Positions 18,558 through 28,568 are shown, counted from the stretch's first letter. The stretch is 64,000 nt of DNA from an uncultured Acidobacteriota bacterium (GCA_963809485.1 CAWEJX010000020.1:672001-736000); one strand, 5' to 3'. A program made the numbers and translations. Notes: generated by a model not told the origin, from the sequence alone.

Positions 18558-20135
18558 TTGAATCGGAGGAGTTCCAGCCGGAATGCGGTTTTCGTGGGGG
18601 CGGGCATCCTGCTCAGCCGCATCATCGGGCTGGTGAGGGAGCGCCTGTTCGCCCACTACTTCGGGAATACGGACGCAGCCGACGCCTTCAAGGCCGCCTT
18701 GAAAATTCCGAACCTGCTTCAAAACCTCTTCGGCGAGGGAGCCCTGTCCTCCTCCTTCATCCCGGTCTACGCCAACCTTCTGGCATCCGGCAAGGAACAG
18801 GAAGCAAACCGCGTAGCCAAGGTCATCGGGTCCATTCTGGCCCTGGCGATGTCGGTCCTGGTTCTCGCGGGAGTGCTCGCGACACCGTTTCTGATAGATT
18901 TCATTGCTCCCGGATTTTCCGGTGTCAAGCGTGATTTTACCGTCCGGATGGTGCGGATCCTCTTCCCGGGCGTCGGGATCCTTGTTCTTTCCGCATGGTG
19001 CCTGGGAATCCTGAACAGCCATCGGCGCTTTTTTCTGCCGTATGCCGCTCCGGTGCTTTGGAACCTGGCCATGATCGGCGCGCTTCTTGGCTTTGGCGCA
19101 AGCCTTCAATCATACCCGCTGGCCGAAATCGTTGCCTGGGGATCGGTCGCGGGAAGCGTTCTTCAGTTCGGAGTGCAAATTCCGTCGGTTCTAAAGCTGG
19201 CGGGGCGCATGCGTTTTCAGGTCGAAATCGCCTCCCAGAACACCCGGACAGTCATACGGAATTTTTTGCCGGGGGTTGCGGGCCGGGGCGTGAACCAGGT
19301 AAGCAGTTATATAGATGCCATCCTGTGCAGTTTCCTTCCCACGGGGGCGGTGGCTGCGCTTGCGTATGTCCAGACGCTATATCTTCTGCCCGTCAGCCTC
19401 TTCGGCATGTCCGTTTCGAACGCCGAGTTGCCCGAGATGGCGGGCCAGACGGGTTCGGCGGATGCCGTGTCGGAAGCTCTCCGCCGGCGCCTCAATGCGG
19501 CGCTGGAGCGCATTTCATTCTTCATTGTCCCCTCGGTGGCCGCATTTCTGGCGCTGGGCGACAGCATCGTTGCGCTTGTTTACCAGACAGGCAAGTTCAC
19601 AAGAGGCGATGTGGAATATGTCTGGGCAGCGCTGGCAGGATACACCCTAGGGCTTCTGGCCGCCACTTTGGGACGTTTATACACTTCCGCATTCTGGGCA
19701 CTGAGAGATACCCGCACTCCGCTGCGCTTTGCCAGTCTGAGAGTGGGACTGGCGTCAGCCTTGGGTTGGCTGCTGGCCTTCCCGTTGCCTGAATGGCTCG
19801 GGATATCTCCCCGCCTGGGCCTGGTTGGCTTGACGATGGCTGCGGGTCTCGCAGCCTGGACCGAATTTTGCCTCCTGCGCTCCTCGATGAACCGAAGGAT
19901 CGGCAAAACAGGTTTGAATTCTCGCTACCTGGCGAAACTGTGGATCATCTCGATCGGCGCGGCCGGTGCAGCGTTTGTGGTAAAACTGCTGATGGGGGGA
20001 CTGCCCCCGTTGCTGTCGGGACCCACGGTGCTGGCCGTCTTCGGATTCGCATTTTTCCTGGGTTCGGCCGCCCTGCGCATACCGTACGCGCTCGATCTGC
20101 TTCAGTCGATCCATGCCAGGATGAGAAGAAATTAG
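18558..20135 (+). CDS. murJ: Lipid II flippase MurJ (MviN)
   Basis: LSRIIGLVRE, ADAF..ALKIPNLLQNLFGEGALS..FIP, F.AL.DTRTP; 14-TM MOP pattern. Confidence 0.92.
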   Translation: MNRRSSSRNAVFVGAGILLSRIIGLVRERLFAHYFGNTDAADAFKAALKIPNLLQNLFGEGALSSSFIPVYANLLASGKEQEANRVAKVIGSILALAMSVLVLAGVLATPFLIDFIAPGFSGVKRDFTVRMVRILFPGVGILVLSAWCLGILNSHRRFFLPYAAPVLWNLAMIGALLGFGASLQSYPLAEIVAWGSVAGSVLQFGVQIPSVLKLAGRMRFQVEIASQNTRTVIRNFLPGVAGRGVNQVSSYIDAILCSFLPTGAVAALAYVQTLYLLPVSLFGMSVSNAELPEMAGQTGSADAVSEALRRRLNAALERISFFIVPSVAAFLALGDSIVALVYQTGKFTRGDVEYVWAALAGYTLGLLAATLGRLYTSAFWALRDTRTPLRFASLRVGLASALGWLLAFPLPEWLGISPRLGLVGLTMAAGLAAWTEFCLLRSSMNRRIGKTGLNSRYLAKLWIISIGAAGAAFVVKLLMGGLPPLLSGPTVLAVFGFAFFLGSAALRIPYALDLLQSIHARMRRN

Positions 20136-20156
20136 CAGCCTGATATACCCTTGATG

Positions 20157-20240
20157 AAACGCCGACGCACGCGGACAGTCGCGCCGACAATCGCCGAAAA
20201 AGCCACTTCGTCAGCGCTCCGGTCGGCGCATATCAGCGTT
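20157..20240. repeat. Short-period ACGCCGA/TCAGCG inverted repeat between convergent genes
   Basis: AACGCCGACGCACGCGGACAGTCGCGCCGACAATCGCCGA ... GTCAGCGCTCCGGTCGGCGCATATCAGCGTT; the right arm overlaps the stop of the isochorismatase gene. Confidence 0.6.
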
Positions 20241-20811
20241 GTTCAAAAAAGGCAGACAGAGCTTTGATCTTCGGCTGCAGCGCTTTGAACTCTTCGGTCC
20301 CGGCGCGGCGCAGCCATTCGAAAACAACCGCTTCTGTCGTGGTAAGAACCAATCCGGCCTGGCTCAGTCTTTGAAGGGCAATCTGCGCGTCCAATGGTCT
20401 CCGGGACGAGGTTGCATCGGCAATGACGAAAACTCTCTTTGCGCCGGCGGCGAGATCCATGGCCGTCTGTGCGACACAGATGTGAGTTTCAATGCCTGCC
20501 AGCAAAATCTGATCGCGCTCGAGCGATGCCAGACTTTCTTCAAAGCCGGGCGCGGGGAAGCACGAGAAGTCCATTTTGGCAAGAGGTTGAACCTCGGGTA
20601 TAAGCCGGCGGATTTCCCCGATGGTAGGACCCAGCCCTCGCGGATTCTGCTCCGTCAGAAGTATGGGAACGCCGAGGAGCTTCGCAGCAGTCAACAACAG
20701 GTCCGTATTCGCGAGCATTCGTTGGTGTTCGTGGATGTTAGGGAACAACCGCTCCTGGACATCAATAAGCACCACTGCACTGCGGCCTCGATCCAATAGC
20801 TCAGCATTCAT
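20233..20811 (-). CDS. Isochorismatase-family (YcaC-like) hydrolase
   Basis: [28 protein letters not shown]. Confidence 0.9.
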   Translation of the reverse strand: MNAELLDRGRSAVVLIDVQERLFPNIHEHQRMLANTDLLLTAAKLLGVPILLTEQNPRGLGPTIGEIRRLIPEVQPLAKMDFSCFPAPGFEESLASLERDQILLAGIETHICVAQTAMDLAAGAKRVFVIADATSSRRPLDAQIALQRLSQAGLVLTTTEAVVFEWLRRAGTEEFKALQPKIKALSAFFEQR

Positions 20812-20921
20812 TGCATTTTCCCCCGGTCTTTATAAGTAACACAGGAACCACACTTCCTACGATAGAATTTGTGGCCATGAATGGATCAAATGGATTAATC
20901 TATTGGAATTCCCAAAGGAGA

Positions 20922-21677
20922 ATGAAAGTGAAAAAGATTGTACTTCTAAGGCACGGAGAGAGCGTCTGGAATAAAGAAAACCTGTTTACAGGCTGGACCG
21001 ACGTGGACCTCAGTGAAAAAGGGACTCAGGAAGCCATCGATGCCGGACGGCTTCTGCGCTCCGAGGGATACGTTTTCGATGTTGCATTCACGTCGGTGTT
21101 GAAGCGGGCGATCAAGACCTTGTGGCTCACACTGGAGCAAATGGACCTCATGTGGATCCCTGTTTATAACAGCTGGCGTCTGAACGAGAGGCATTACGGC
21201 GCGCTTCAGGGCCTCAACAAGGTCGCCATGGTGGATCGTTTCGGCGCTGAACAGGTCCAGCTCTGGCGCCGGAGCTACGACATCCGCCCGCCCGATCTCA
21301 GTCTGGACGACGAACGCTCGCCGGCAAGAGATCCCCGTTACGCACAGCTGAAGAAGGAGGAGATCCCCCTGGCCGAGTGTCTCAAGGACACGGTTGCGCG
21401 CGTCCTTCCCTATTGGCTGGACACCATAGCCCCGGTTGTCCGATCCGGGCAGCGCGTCATCGTATCGGCGCACGGCAACAGTATGAGAGCCCTGGTGAAG
21501 TATCTCGACAAAATGCCGGATCAGGAGATCGTTGCGCTGAACATACCCACGGGCATTCCCATGGTCTATGAATTCAATGACGAAATGCAGCCGGTCCGGC
21601 GCTATTACCTCGGGGATCCGGAAGCCGTCAAAAAGGCGGAGCAGGCGGTCGCCAATCAGACGAGCAAGAAAAAGTAG
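20922..21677 (+). CDS. gpmA: 2,3-bisphosphoglycerate-dependent phosphoglycerate mutase
   Basis: [10 protein letters not shown]...[18 protein letters not shown]; RBS AAGGAG (the start could be GTG at 20928). Confidence 0.97.
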   Translation: MKVKKIVLLRHGESVWNKENLFTGWTDVDLSEKGTQEAIDAGRLLRSEGYVFDVAFTSVLKRAIKTLWLTLEQMDLMWIPVYNSWRLNERHYGALQGLNKVAMVDRFGAEQVQLWRRSYDIRPPDLSLDDERSPARDPRYAQLKKEEIPLAECLKDTVARVLPYWLDTIAPVVRSGQRVIVSAHGNSMRALVKYLDKMPDQEIVALNIPTGIPMVYEFNDEMQPVRRYYLGDPEAVKKAEQAVANQTSKKK

Positions 21678-21744
21678 GGGCAGGCGGAAGGCTGCCCGTT
21701 GGAGGGATTCCCCTGACTCTCGCGGGGGGGCATCCCAGCTGCCG

Positions 21745-23505
21745 CTAGGCATTGACAGCTTCGGGCACGTCCCCTGTGTCCGCACGCAGGTATTTTTGAA
21801 GCTGAGGCCGGATCGTGGCCAGGAGCTCTTTGCGGCTTTTTATTTTGAGCGGAGTTCCCGGATATATCTTTCCCATGCGTGCCATCCATTTTTCGGGCAG
21901 TGCGCCTGCGAACAACAACAGAGGCCAGGTGAACTTCGGTCCGTTCAGCTTACGCAAGCGGAAGAGCCATAATCCAAATGCGCCCAGCTTCCAGATCGCG
22001 GGCGCCCACCACTTGAACTGTGCGCCGCGCAGGTTCATCTCCCAGCACTTCATCATTAGTTGCCACTGCAGGGACGTAAGCTGCCGAGTCTCGGCAACTC
22101 CTTCCTGTTCGGCCATCCGGGTATCGTGCAGAGGCGTGAATATCGACGGGATGAAAAAAGCAAAAAGATTTCTGCGTTCGGCTTCATATACAAGATCCAG
22201 CGTGGCCCGCGTATCTTCATCCGTCTCTCCGGGGCTTCCGATGATCAGAGTCGCCACGGGAAACCAGTTATTCCGGTTCATGATCGTCAATCCCTGAATG
22301 AACACGCTCGGCCACTCCTCGATAGGAAACGGCGCGGATTTGCCCGGCATAATTTCTTTCGCCAGGCGAACCGATCCAGTCTCGAGGCCTATCAACGGCG
22401 AAAGCATCTTCTTATCAGGATGAGTGCTGACGCTTGGCAGATGTATCGGGCTTTTCTTCAGCAGGATGCCCGACAGCTTCTCGATGAGAAGGGGATCCAC
22501 AACAGCCGGAGCCATGGTGCTGTGGCTGAGAACGATCTGCTCGACTCCCGGCACATTCGCAATTTCCGCATACAGGTCTAACAGTGCTTCCCGGTTCGGG
22601 AAATAAAAGGGCGTGTCTGTATGTATCTGCCCCCAGATAAACATGTCTTCGGTCGCAAGCGAGATTTGCCTGTTTCCATTCCGGACATTGGCTTGGAGCG
22701 CGGTCATGATGCTTTCCTTGGGCAAATCCAGCTGCGGGCTCAAATCAGGCAGGCAGAAACGGCACCTTCTACCGCATCCAGTGGTCATTTCCACAACGCC
22801 AAAGGTGGTGCGTTTGGCGGGCTGAAGGATGCCGCCTGCATCCTTCGGATGGGCAACTTCAACCCTCTGAGGCAGGTTTTCACCGGCGATAGCCTTCCGG
22901 AACAGATCCAGAGTTTCCGTCGATTCACTTCTCCCTTCGACGACACAGTCGATGCCAAGTTCCTCGTGGCTGTTCGTTTCTGCTATCTGCCAGGATCCGG
23001 ACCCTCCCACGATCACTTTGAAGTTTTTGTGCCAGGGGTTTTCCTTGAGGCTCAGGAACAGCTGCCGGGAGTAATGGGAGTTGATCGGGAGCTTGGACGT
23101 GCCGAACACGGAAGTGTACACGCCTGCGGCAAAAGTAACTCCCAGGGGATTATGGGTGGAAACGGCCACCACACGAGTATTGGGGCCGATATACCTGTGC
23201 AGATCGTCGGGGTAACAGGCGAGGATGTCTTCCGGGGGGCAAATGCGAAGCAGCGATGCTTCCAGGACCCTTATGCCGGCCGGCATCGATCGCGCCGATC
23301 CATCCGCTTCGCGTTCGAGTTCGCGCCATCGGGGATACCTGCGATTCATGACCCCTTCCATCCAGACAGGCATCGATGCCATGGCCATTTGAATGAAAAA
23401 GCCCGCATGATCGATGATCTCCGTCAGCGGCGCCGTCAAAACAATAAGTTTGCCCCCATCGGACGGGGAGGACGAGGAAATTTCTTTGGCCTGAGTGTCC
23501 TGCAT
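21745..23505 (-). CDS. Radical SAM protein with an N-terminal B12-binding-like region
   Basis: VEMTTGCGRRCRFC (CxxxCxxC); VIVGGSG, VVEG, IGLETGS, G.PGET.ED. Confidence 0.8.
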   Translation of the reverse strand: MQDTQAKEISSSSPSDGGKLIVLTAPLTEIIDHAGFFIQMAMASMPVWMEGVMNRRYPRWRELEREADGSARSMPAGIRVLEASLLRICPPEDILACYPDDLHRYIGPNTRVVAVSTHNPLGVTFAAGVYTSVFGTSKLPINSHYSRQLFLSLKENPWHKNFKVIVGGSGSWQIAETNSHEELGIDCVVEGRSESTETLDLFRKAIAGENLPQRVEVAHPKDAGGILQPAKRTTFGVVEMTTGCGRRCRFCLPDLSPQLDLPKESIMTALQANVRNGNRQISLATEDMFIWGQIHTDTPFYFPNREALLDLYAEIANVPGVEQIVLSHSTMAPAVVDPLLIEKLSGILLKKSPIHLPSVSTHPDKKMLSPLIGLETGSVRLAKEIMPGKSAPFPIEEWPSVFIQGLTIMNRNNWFPVATLIIGSPGETDEDTRATLDLVYEAERRNLFAFFIPSIFTPLHDTRMAEQEGVAETRQLTSLQWQLMMKCWEMNLRGAQFKWWAPAIWKLGAFGLWLFRLRKLNGPKFTWPLLLFAGALPEKWMARMGKIYPGTPLKIKSRKELLATIRPQLQKYLRADTGDVPEAVNA

Positions 23506-23520
23506 GGAATGAGATGTCCT

Positions 23521-23976
23521 TTATCGCTCGCCTGCACTGCGCCGTGGGGGCAGTGAAAAAAACTTTCTATAGTGGTCGGGCAGCCGGGCCGGGCGGTATT
23601 GCGCATTGGCTACCACATGAGCCGTCTCCCCCGTAGCGAGCAGACGGCCGCTGCCCTTTTCGCATATTTCGTATCGATAGCGGATAACCTTTTCCGTAGC
23701 TCTTGCCAGCGACGTCCTTATCAGAATATCCTCCGCAAAATGAGCGGGGGCCTTGTAGCGGCAGCTTGCTTCCGCAACCATCAGGAACCGCTGGTCCCTG
23801 GATTCCATTTCGGCATAACGAAATCCCTTTGCCTTGCACCACGCTACTCTGCCGACTTCGAACCAGACCAGGTAGTTGGCATAATAGACAATTCCCATCT
23901 GGTCGGTTTCCGCATAGCGGACACTCACGACAGTATCGACAAAATCGGTTTTCGCCGCATCTCTGTTCATCTGCAA
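23521..23976 (-). CDS. Acyl-CoA thioesterase (4HBT/YbgC family)
   Basis: VRYAETDQMGIVYYANYLVWFEVGR. Confidence 0.92.
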   Translation of the reverse strand: MQMNRDAAKTDFVDTVVSVRYAETDQMGIVYYANYLVWFEVGRVAWCKAKGFRYAEMESRDQRFLMVAEASCRYKAPAHFAEDILIRTSLARATEKVIRYRYEICEKGSGRLLATGETAHVVANAQYRPARLPDHYRKFFSLPPRRSAGER

Positions 23977-24169
23977 TTATTCCGGGGAGGCATCATACCA
24001 CCTTCTCGCAGGATTTTTACAGGTTTTGCATAGTGCGCCTGCAAGCCTCCATGCCTCCAGAACTCCAGGGTGCCTCGGCGCGGAGATGCAATCACTTCCC
24101 TGGCAAATTTCGAATGGAGTGTCTAGAATGTAGCGGTTTCAGGAGCAGTATCTTTAAGGGTTCAAAGTC

Positions 24170-25363
24170 ATGTTCTCAGGGATTACGGCGAAACTTCATG
24201 GCGAGGCGAATGCCCTTTACCGGCTGCGGGACACTCTTAGGGCTCAGGGGCGCGCCATTCGCGATTTCGTTTCAGGCAATATCAACGAACACGGATTTGC
24301 TTTTCCCCAATACCTCCTTGAAGAAATCCTGGTCCAGGCATCCCGCCGTTGCCGGATATATCGTCCGGATTCCTTTGGCCAAAAGCATGCGCGCGAGGCC
24401 GTGGCCGGCTATTACCGTGCCGGCGGCCATGAGGTGGACCCCGGGTGCATACTGATCACGCCCGGTACCAGCCTGTCTTACTGGTATTGTTTTAAGCTTC
24501 TGGCGGACGAGGGGGACGAGATTCTTTGCCCCTGCCCCTCCTACCCCCTCTTTGATTACATCGCCCTTCTGAGCGGGATCAAACTCATTCCCTATCGGCT
24601 CGATGAAACCCGGAACTGGGCCATAGACATCGATCAACTGGAAGCCTGCATATCCACCCGGACGCGGGCTCTGGTTTTGATTTCTCCGCATAATCCAACG
24701 GGGCATGTCGCTTCGGCCGGTGAGATTGACGGATTGGCCGATGTGGCGCGCCGCCATGAACTGGCGATCATCAGCGACGAAGTTTTCAGCGATTTCCTTC
24801 TTCAGAGCGGATCCTTGCCTCGTCCCGCCGGCTGCGCGGCGCCGCTGGTTTTCACCCTCAACGGTTTTTCAAAAATGTTCGCCCTGCCTGGACTCAAATT
24901 CGGGTGGATGGCCGTGACGGGAGATCCGGAGCCGGTCCGGCGTGCCATGCGTTCTTTGGAACTGATTTCCGACACATTTCTCCCCGTGAACGAAATCGTT
25001 CAGGCCGCAGCGCCCGAAATCATGAAACGCGGCAGGGACATCCGAATGGAATTTGCCCGGCGGATACGCGCATCCTGGGAATGCGTCGAAGAATTCCTCC
25101 CGCTCTGCCTTCATTGCAGTTGTGTAAAACCCCAGGGCGGCTTTTACACGACTCTCCGCCTTGACGGGATTCATGAAGAGAGGGCAGCGGAAGCCATTTT
25201 GTGCGATAGGAATATACTTGTGCACCCGGGTTACTTCTATGACATGAGTCCCGACCACCTCGTCCTGAGTTTTGTGCAGGAGTTGGAGGTACTTAGGGAT
25301 TCTCTCCCGGGAATAATGGAAACCCTCAACAGATTGGCCAGCAGGCCGGAGGCACTCAGATGA
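24170..25363 (+). CDS. PLP-dependent aminotransferase class I/II
   Basis: SPHNPTG, ISDEVF, GFSKMFALPGLK.GW. Confidence 0.9.
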   Translation: MFSGITAKLHGEANALYRLRDTLRAQGRAIRDFVSGNINEHGFAFPQYLLEEILVQASRRCRIYRPDSFGQKHAREAVAGYYRAGGHEVDPGCILITPGTSLSYWYCFKLLADEGDEILCPCPSYPLFDYIALLSGIKLIPYRLDETRNWAIDIDQLEACISTRTRALVLISPHNPTGHVASAGEIDGLADVARRHELAIISDEVFSDFLLQSGSLPRPAGCAAPLVFTLNGFSKMFALPGLKFGWMAVTGDPEPVRRAMRSLELISDTFLPVNEIVQAAAPEIMKRGRDIRMEFARRIRASWECVEEFLPLCLHCSCVKPQGGFYTTLRLDGIHEERAAEAILCDRNILVHPGYFYDMSPDHLVLSFVQELEVLRDSLPGIMETLNRLASRPEALR

Positions 25364-26151
25364 CCACAGAAAACGGGGGGCAGAAATCCTCCAAATACAT
25401 ACGCTATCGATATCAGGGCAGGGATTGCTACGGGATTCTGGATGGAGAAACTGTAAGAGAGATTCGCGGCGGCTTATTTGGAGACTGTGCCGAAACAGGT
25501 GCTTCCATGGCATTGAACTCGGTTCAGCCGTTATGGCCTTGTGAACCGTCCAAAATAATGGCTGTAGGTTTGAATTACAGAAGCCATATTCCCGACCGGC
25601 CGATCCCCAAAAATCCCGAATTCTTCTTTGTCCCGACTTCAGCCCTGCTGGAGCCCGAAGGCAAAATCGTGCTTCCTGCGGATGCCCGGCAGGTTCACTA
25701 CGAGGGCGAACTGGTGATCGTCATCGGCCGGGTAACACGCCGTGTAACAGCGTCCGAGGCGAATGAGTGCATTTTCGGATTTACCTGCGGGCATGACGTC
25801 AGCGAACGCGGCTGGCAGAAAAACGACCTCCAGTGGTGGCGAGCCAAGGGCTGCGACACCTTCTCGCCCATGGGGCCCGTCATCGCCAAAGGCTTCGACT
25901 GGCGCCAGGGCCGCGTCGAAACCCGCGTCAACGGAACAGTCGTCCAGTCGGGGCATTTTACCGAGTTGATTTACGATCCGCCTGCTCTGGTGAGTTTCGC
26001 AAGCCAGTATCTGACGCTTCTGCCCGGGGACGTGATTTACACGGGCACGCCCGGCAGCACCAGTGAACTGCGGCCGGGAGATTGCGTAGAAGTTGAGATC
26101 CCCGGCATAGGGATTCTGCGCAACACCGTTTCCGCATCCGGGGCCGTATGA
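25360..26151 (+). CDS. Fumarylacetoacetate hydrolase family protein
   Basis: VGLNY, HYEGEL, DVSER, AKGCDTF.P.GP, PGDVI.TGTP. Confidence 0.92.
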   Translation: MTTENGGQKSSKYIRYRYQGRDCYGILDGETVREIRGGLFGDCAETGASMALNSVQPLWPCEPSKIMAVGLNYRSHIPDRPIPKNPEFFFVPTSALLEPEGKIVLPADARQVHYEGELVIVIGRVTRRVTASEANECIFGFTCGHDVSERGWQKNDLQWWRAKGCDTFSPMGPVIAKGFDWRQGRVETRVNGTVVQSGHFTELIYDPPALVSFASQYLTLLPGDVIYTGTPGSTSELRPGDCVEVEIPGIGILRNTVSASGAV

Positions 26152-26235
26152 GTCAAAAAGCAGAATCAGCCCCCTGAGATCGATATCGGCACAGGTCTTT
26201 CGACGGCGATCCGGCTAGTCCCGGGCCTGCCCGGG

Positions 26236-27630
26236 CTATTCCTCAAACTTGAACGCGGCGCCCAGTTTCCTGGCGATCCGGTCCTTGATCCAGTGACCGT
26301 CCCACCATTCCACCGGATCCACCGGGAGCCCCTGGAGAAGGGTGCAGAAGTGCAGGTGATCGCCTCCGGCCAGGCCGGTTTCCCCCGTCCTCCCTATGAT
26401 GTCTCCCCGGGCGACGTTTTGTCCCTCGGTCACCGCGATAGAAGAAAGATGGCCGTAAATCGACTGCAGCCCGTATCCGTGATCGATCACGACGGCGTTG
26501 CCGTAAATGCCGAAAAATTTGGCATAGGCGACGATGCCGCTGTTGGCAGCGGGAATCGGCGCCTGTTTGGTGACAGCGAGATCATATCCGAGGTGAACCT
26601 GGTGATCGATTGTCCGTCCCTGATACTGGTAAGTTCTTCGTTCCGCAAAGGCGGCCATTACCTTGCCGTTGGGCATCATGACAAAAGGCCGGTTCCACAA
26701 AAATTCTGACTTCGATTTTGCGGCAAGAGATTTAAGCGTTTCGTCATTTAAACGGCGCAGGTCCCTGTTGATGGCCAGGTAGTTCTCCAGGGGATTCCCT
26801 CGGTCTTTGATTTCAGGAGTTTGCGACAGGATTTCCGGTACAACCTTTGCGAAAAAAGCATCGCTGACGTCAAGAGTGTCCGATTTGATCGGCTTCGGGA
26901 AAAACTTCTCGATGAAACCGATTTCGGCCCGGTTCCCCGCCGCATCTTCGGCTGCCAGCCGCACGTCAGGCTGCCCCATATCGTAAGGAACCGCGAAAAT
27001 GGCGAAACGGTCCTGCTTTCCTCCCCCGGGCAAAGGGTATCCCGGAAACCACCGGTTGCCGGATCGAACCCCGTCCCGCGTTGCGGTATTTCCAACACGG
27101 TAGGTAACAGCTTCACACCCGCCTTGAGCCACGTATGTCTGGATGGAGGTCAATTGAATGGATGGCGGAGTAAGCTGGACCGGCAAACTGATTTCCTCGA
27201 TTGTAGGACTGGGATGCCTGAGCCAGGTGCCCGCCCTGTCGGCAGTCACACGGATTGTGGCGGTTCCTCCGGTCAAGCTCGAGACGGCATCGCGCCCTGC
27301 TTCGACCTGCAGCACATCATTGGGTGTCTTGGGACCCCAGAAAGCAAGATGGGAACCGTAGAGGTAGCTCTTCTCCGCTAGCGTCGATACCTTGCCGTCC
27401 TGAACCAGCTCGACTTTTACGTGCGTCAATCCCCTCCGGGATTCGGAGACCTCAATTCCGACCGGCGTACGCTTCCCGATCACGGGCGTGCGCGGCTCGA
27501 TTTTGATGTCGACGGAACCTCCAGCACGGAAAATTTCTATTCCGAGGAAAACCAGCAAAATTGCAAGCACAACAATCGATGCTATCCTGAGTGAACATCC
27601 AGTATGAAATCTATCCTCAGCCATTTTCAT
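26236..27630 (-). CDS. M23 family metallopeptidase, membrane-anchored
   Basis: HLGYD (HxxxD), YGNAVVIDHG, YGHLS, HLHF (HxH). Confidence 0.92.
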   Translation of the reverse strand: MKMAEDRFHTGCSLRIASIVVLAILLVFLGIEIFRAGGSVDIKIEPRTPVIGKRTPVGIEVSESRRGLTHVKVELVQDGKVSTLAEKSYLYGSHLAFWGPKTPNDVLQVEAGRDAVSSLTGGTATIRVTADRAGTWLRHPSPTIEEISLPVQLTPPSIQLTSIQTYVAQGGCEAVTYRVGNTATRDGVRSGNRWFPGYPLPGGGKQDRFAIFAVPYDMGQPDVRLAAEDAAGNRAEIGFIEKFFPKPIKSDTLDVSDAFFAKVVPEILSQTPEIKDRGNPLENYLAINRDLRRLNDETLKSLAAKSKSEFLWNRPFVMMPNGKVMAAFAERRTYQYQGRTIDHQVHLGYDLAVTKQAPIPAANSGIVAYAKFFGIYGNAVVIDHGYGLQSIYGHLSSIAVTEGQNVARGDIIGRTGETGLAGGDHLHFCTLLQGLPVDPVEWWDGHWIKDRIARKLGAAFKFEE

Positions 27631-27746
27631 CCCATCGCCTCTTTTGAATTTCACCCGGCAGTTTACCATCCCGCAAGCTCATTTTGTCCAACCAAGTTTC
27701 GATAGCCGGATCGATTTGGAAAGGCGAAAGAGCAAGCTTATCCCAC

Positions 27747-27823
27747 TGAACGCTGACGAACGTCTATGAAAGAAATATTATTTTCAGCGTTCGTCGACGT
27801 TTTTGTCAGCGTGTGTCAGCGTT
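27747..27823. repeat. AACGCTGAC / GTCAGCGT inverted short-period repeat
   Basis: TGAACGCTGACGAACG ... TTCAGCGTTCGTCGACGTTTTTGTCAGCGTGTGTCAGCGTT. Confidence 0.65.
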
Positions 27824-28113
27824 ACAGGGCAAAGGCCAGTCCCCCGAACCACGAGCCCTGATATGGAAATGCCACTGTTATTTTGGACCAGTGCGCAAAA
27901 GCGGGCGGAACACCTGCCCCGCCAAATCCGAACATGCCCATGCCCGAGGTGCTGAGGTTGCCTTGCGGGTTTGCCTGGTGATGCACCCAGAGGTCCAGGT
28001 AGTCGTTCCTCAATTGCGCCACGCAGACCATAGCTTCGACGCCGGCAGGCGAGTTCATGGCACGGTGGATAGTGTATTCAATGATCTGATCAGCTTCGGC
28101 AAAACCTTTTTCA
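27822..28113 (-). pseudogene. Probable 3' gene fragment of unknown function
   Basis: Protein-like open frame without a credible start or RBS; its 5' end runs into the palindromic repeat at 28114-28168. Confidence 0.3.
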
Positions 28114-28168
28114 ACAGCCACGAATTGCACGAACGCCGGGATCCGAATCCGCGCTGATTCGTGGCTGT
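28114..28168. repeat. CCACGAAT-type palindromic repeat
   Basis: Perfect 12-bp arms ACAGCCACGAAT / ATTCGTGGCTGT with an internal CACGAA repeat; related half-motifs near 15018 and 48179. Confidence 0.65.
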
Positions 28169-28191
28169 ATTGCTATTTTAAATGCTAGCCC

Positions 28192-28420
28192 TTATTTTCT
28201 ATGCCGCGGCACGGGGTCAATATCATTTGCTACCGCAAAATCGGCACTGTAATTCACGACGGCCCAGGCGGTCTTGGTGCTGGGATCGACGCCGTAGGTC
28301 CCAAGTCCATATTTCGCCTTATACGGACCAACAACGAATTTCCTGGTGCCGCTGAAATTCCTATCGACGGCGTTAATCCATTTGCCTTCGGAATAGTGGG
28401 CATACGGGCTTCCTGCGACA
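28192..28420 (-). pseudogene. C-terminal remnant of a large secreted protein
   Basis: WINAVDRNF.GT..FV.GPY...YGLGTYGVD....TAWAVVNY..DFAV resembles a C-terminal beta domain I recall from secreted phosphoesterase/PEP-CTERM-type proteins; upstream part missing. Confidence 0.45.
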
Positions 28421-28568
28421 AAGAAGCCCCTGTCCCAATATTTTCCGAGCTTCAAACAGCGGTAGAAGAACGAAACAGAAGCCACCAGCCAAATGTTATA
28501 ATGGTTTAATATCATTGGACGCGGCAGGAAATCATGCAACTATAGTGCAATTTCGGTGTAATTGGGCA

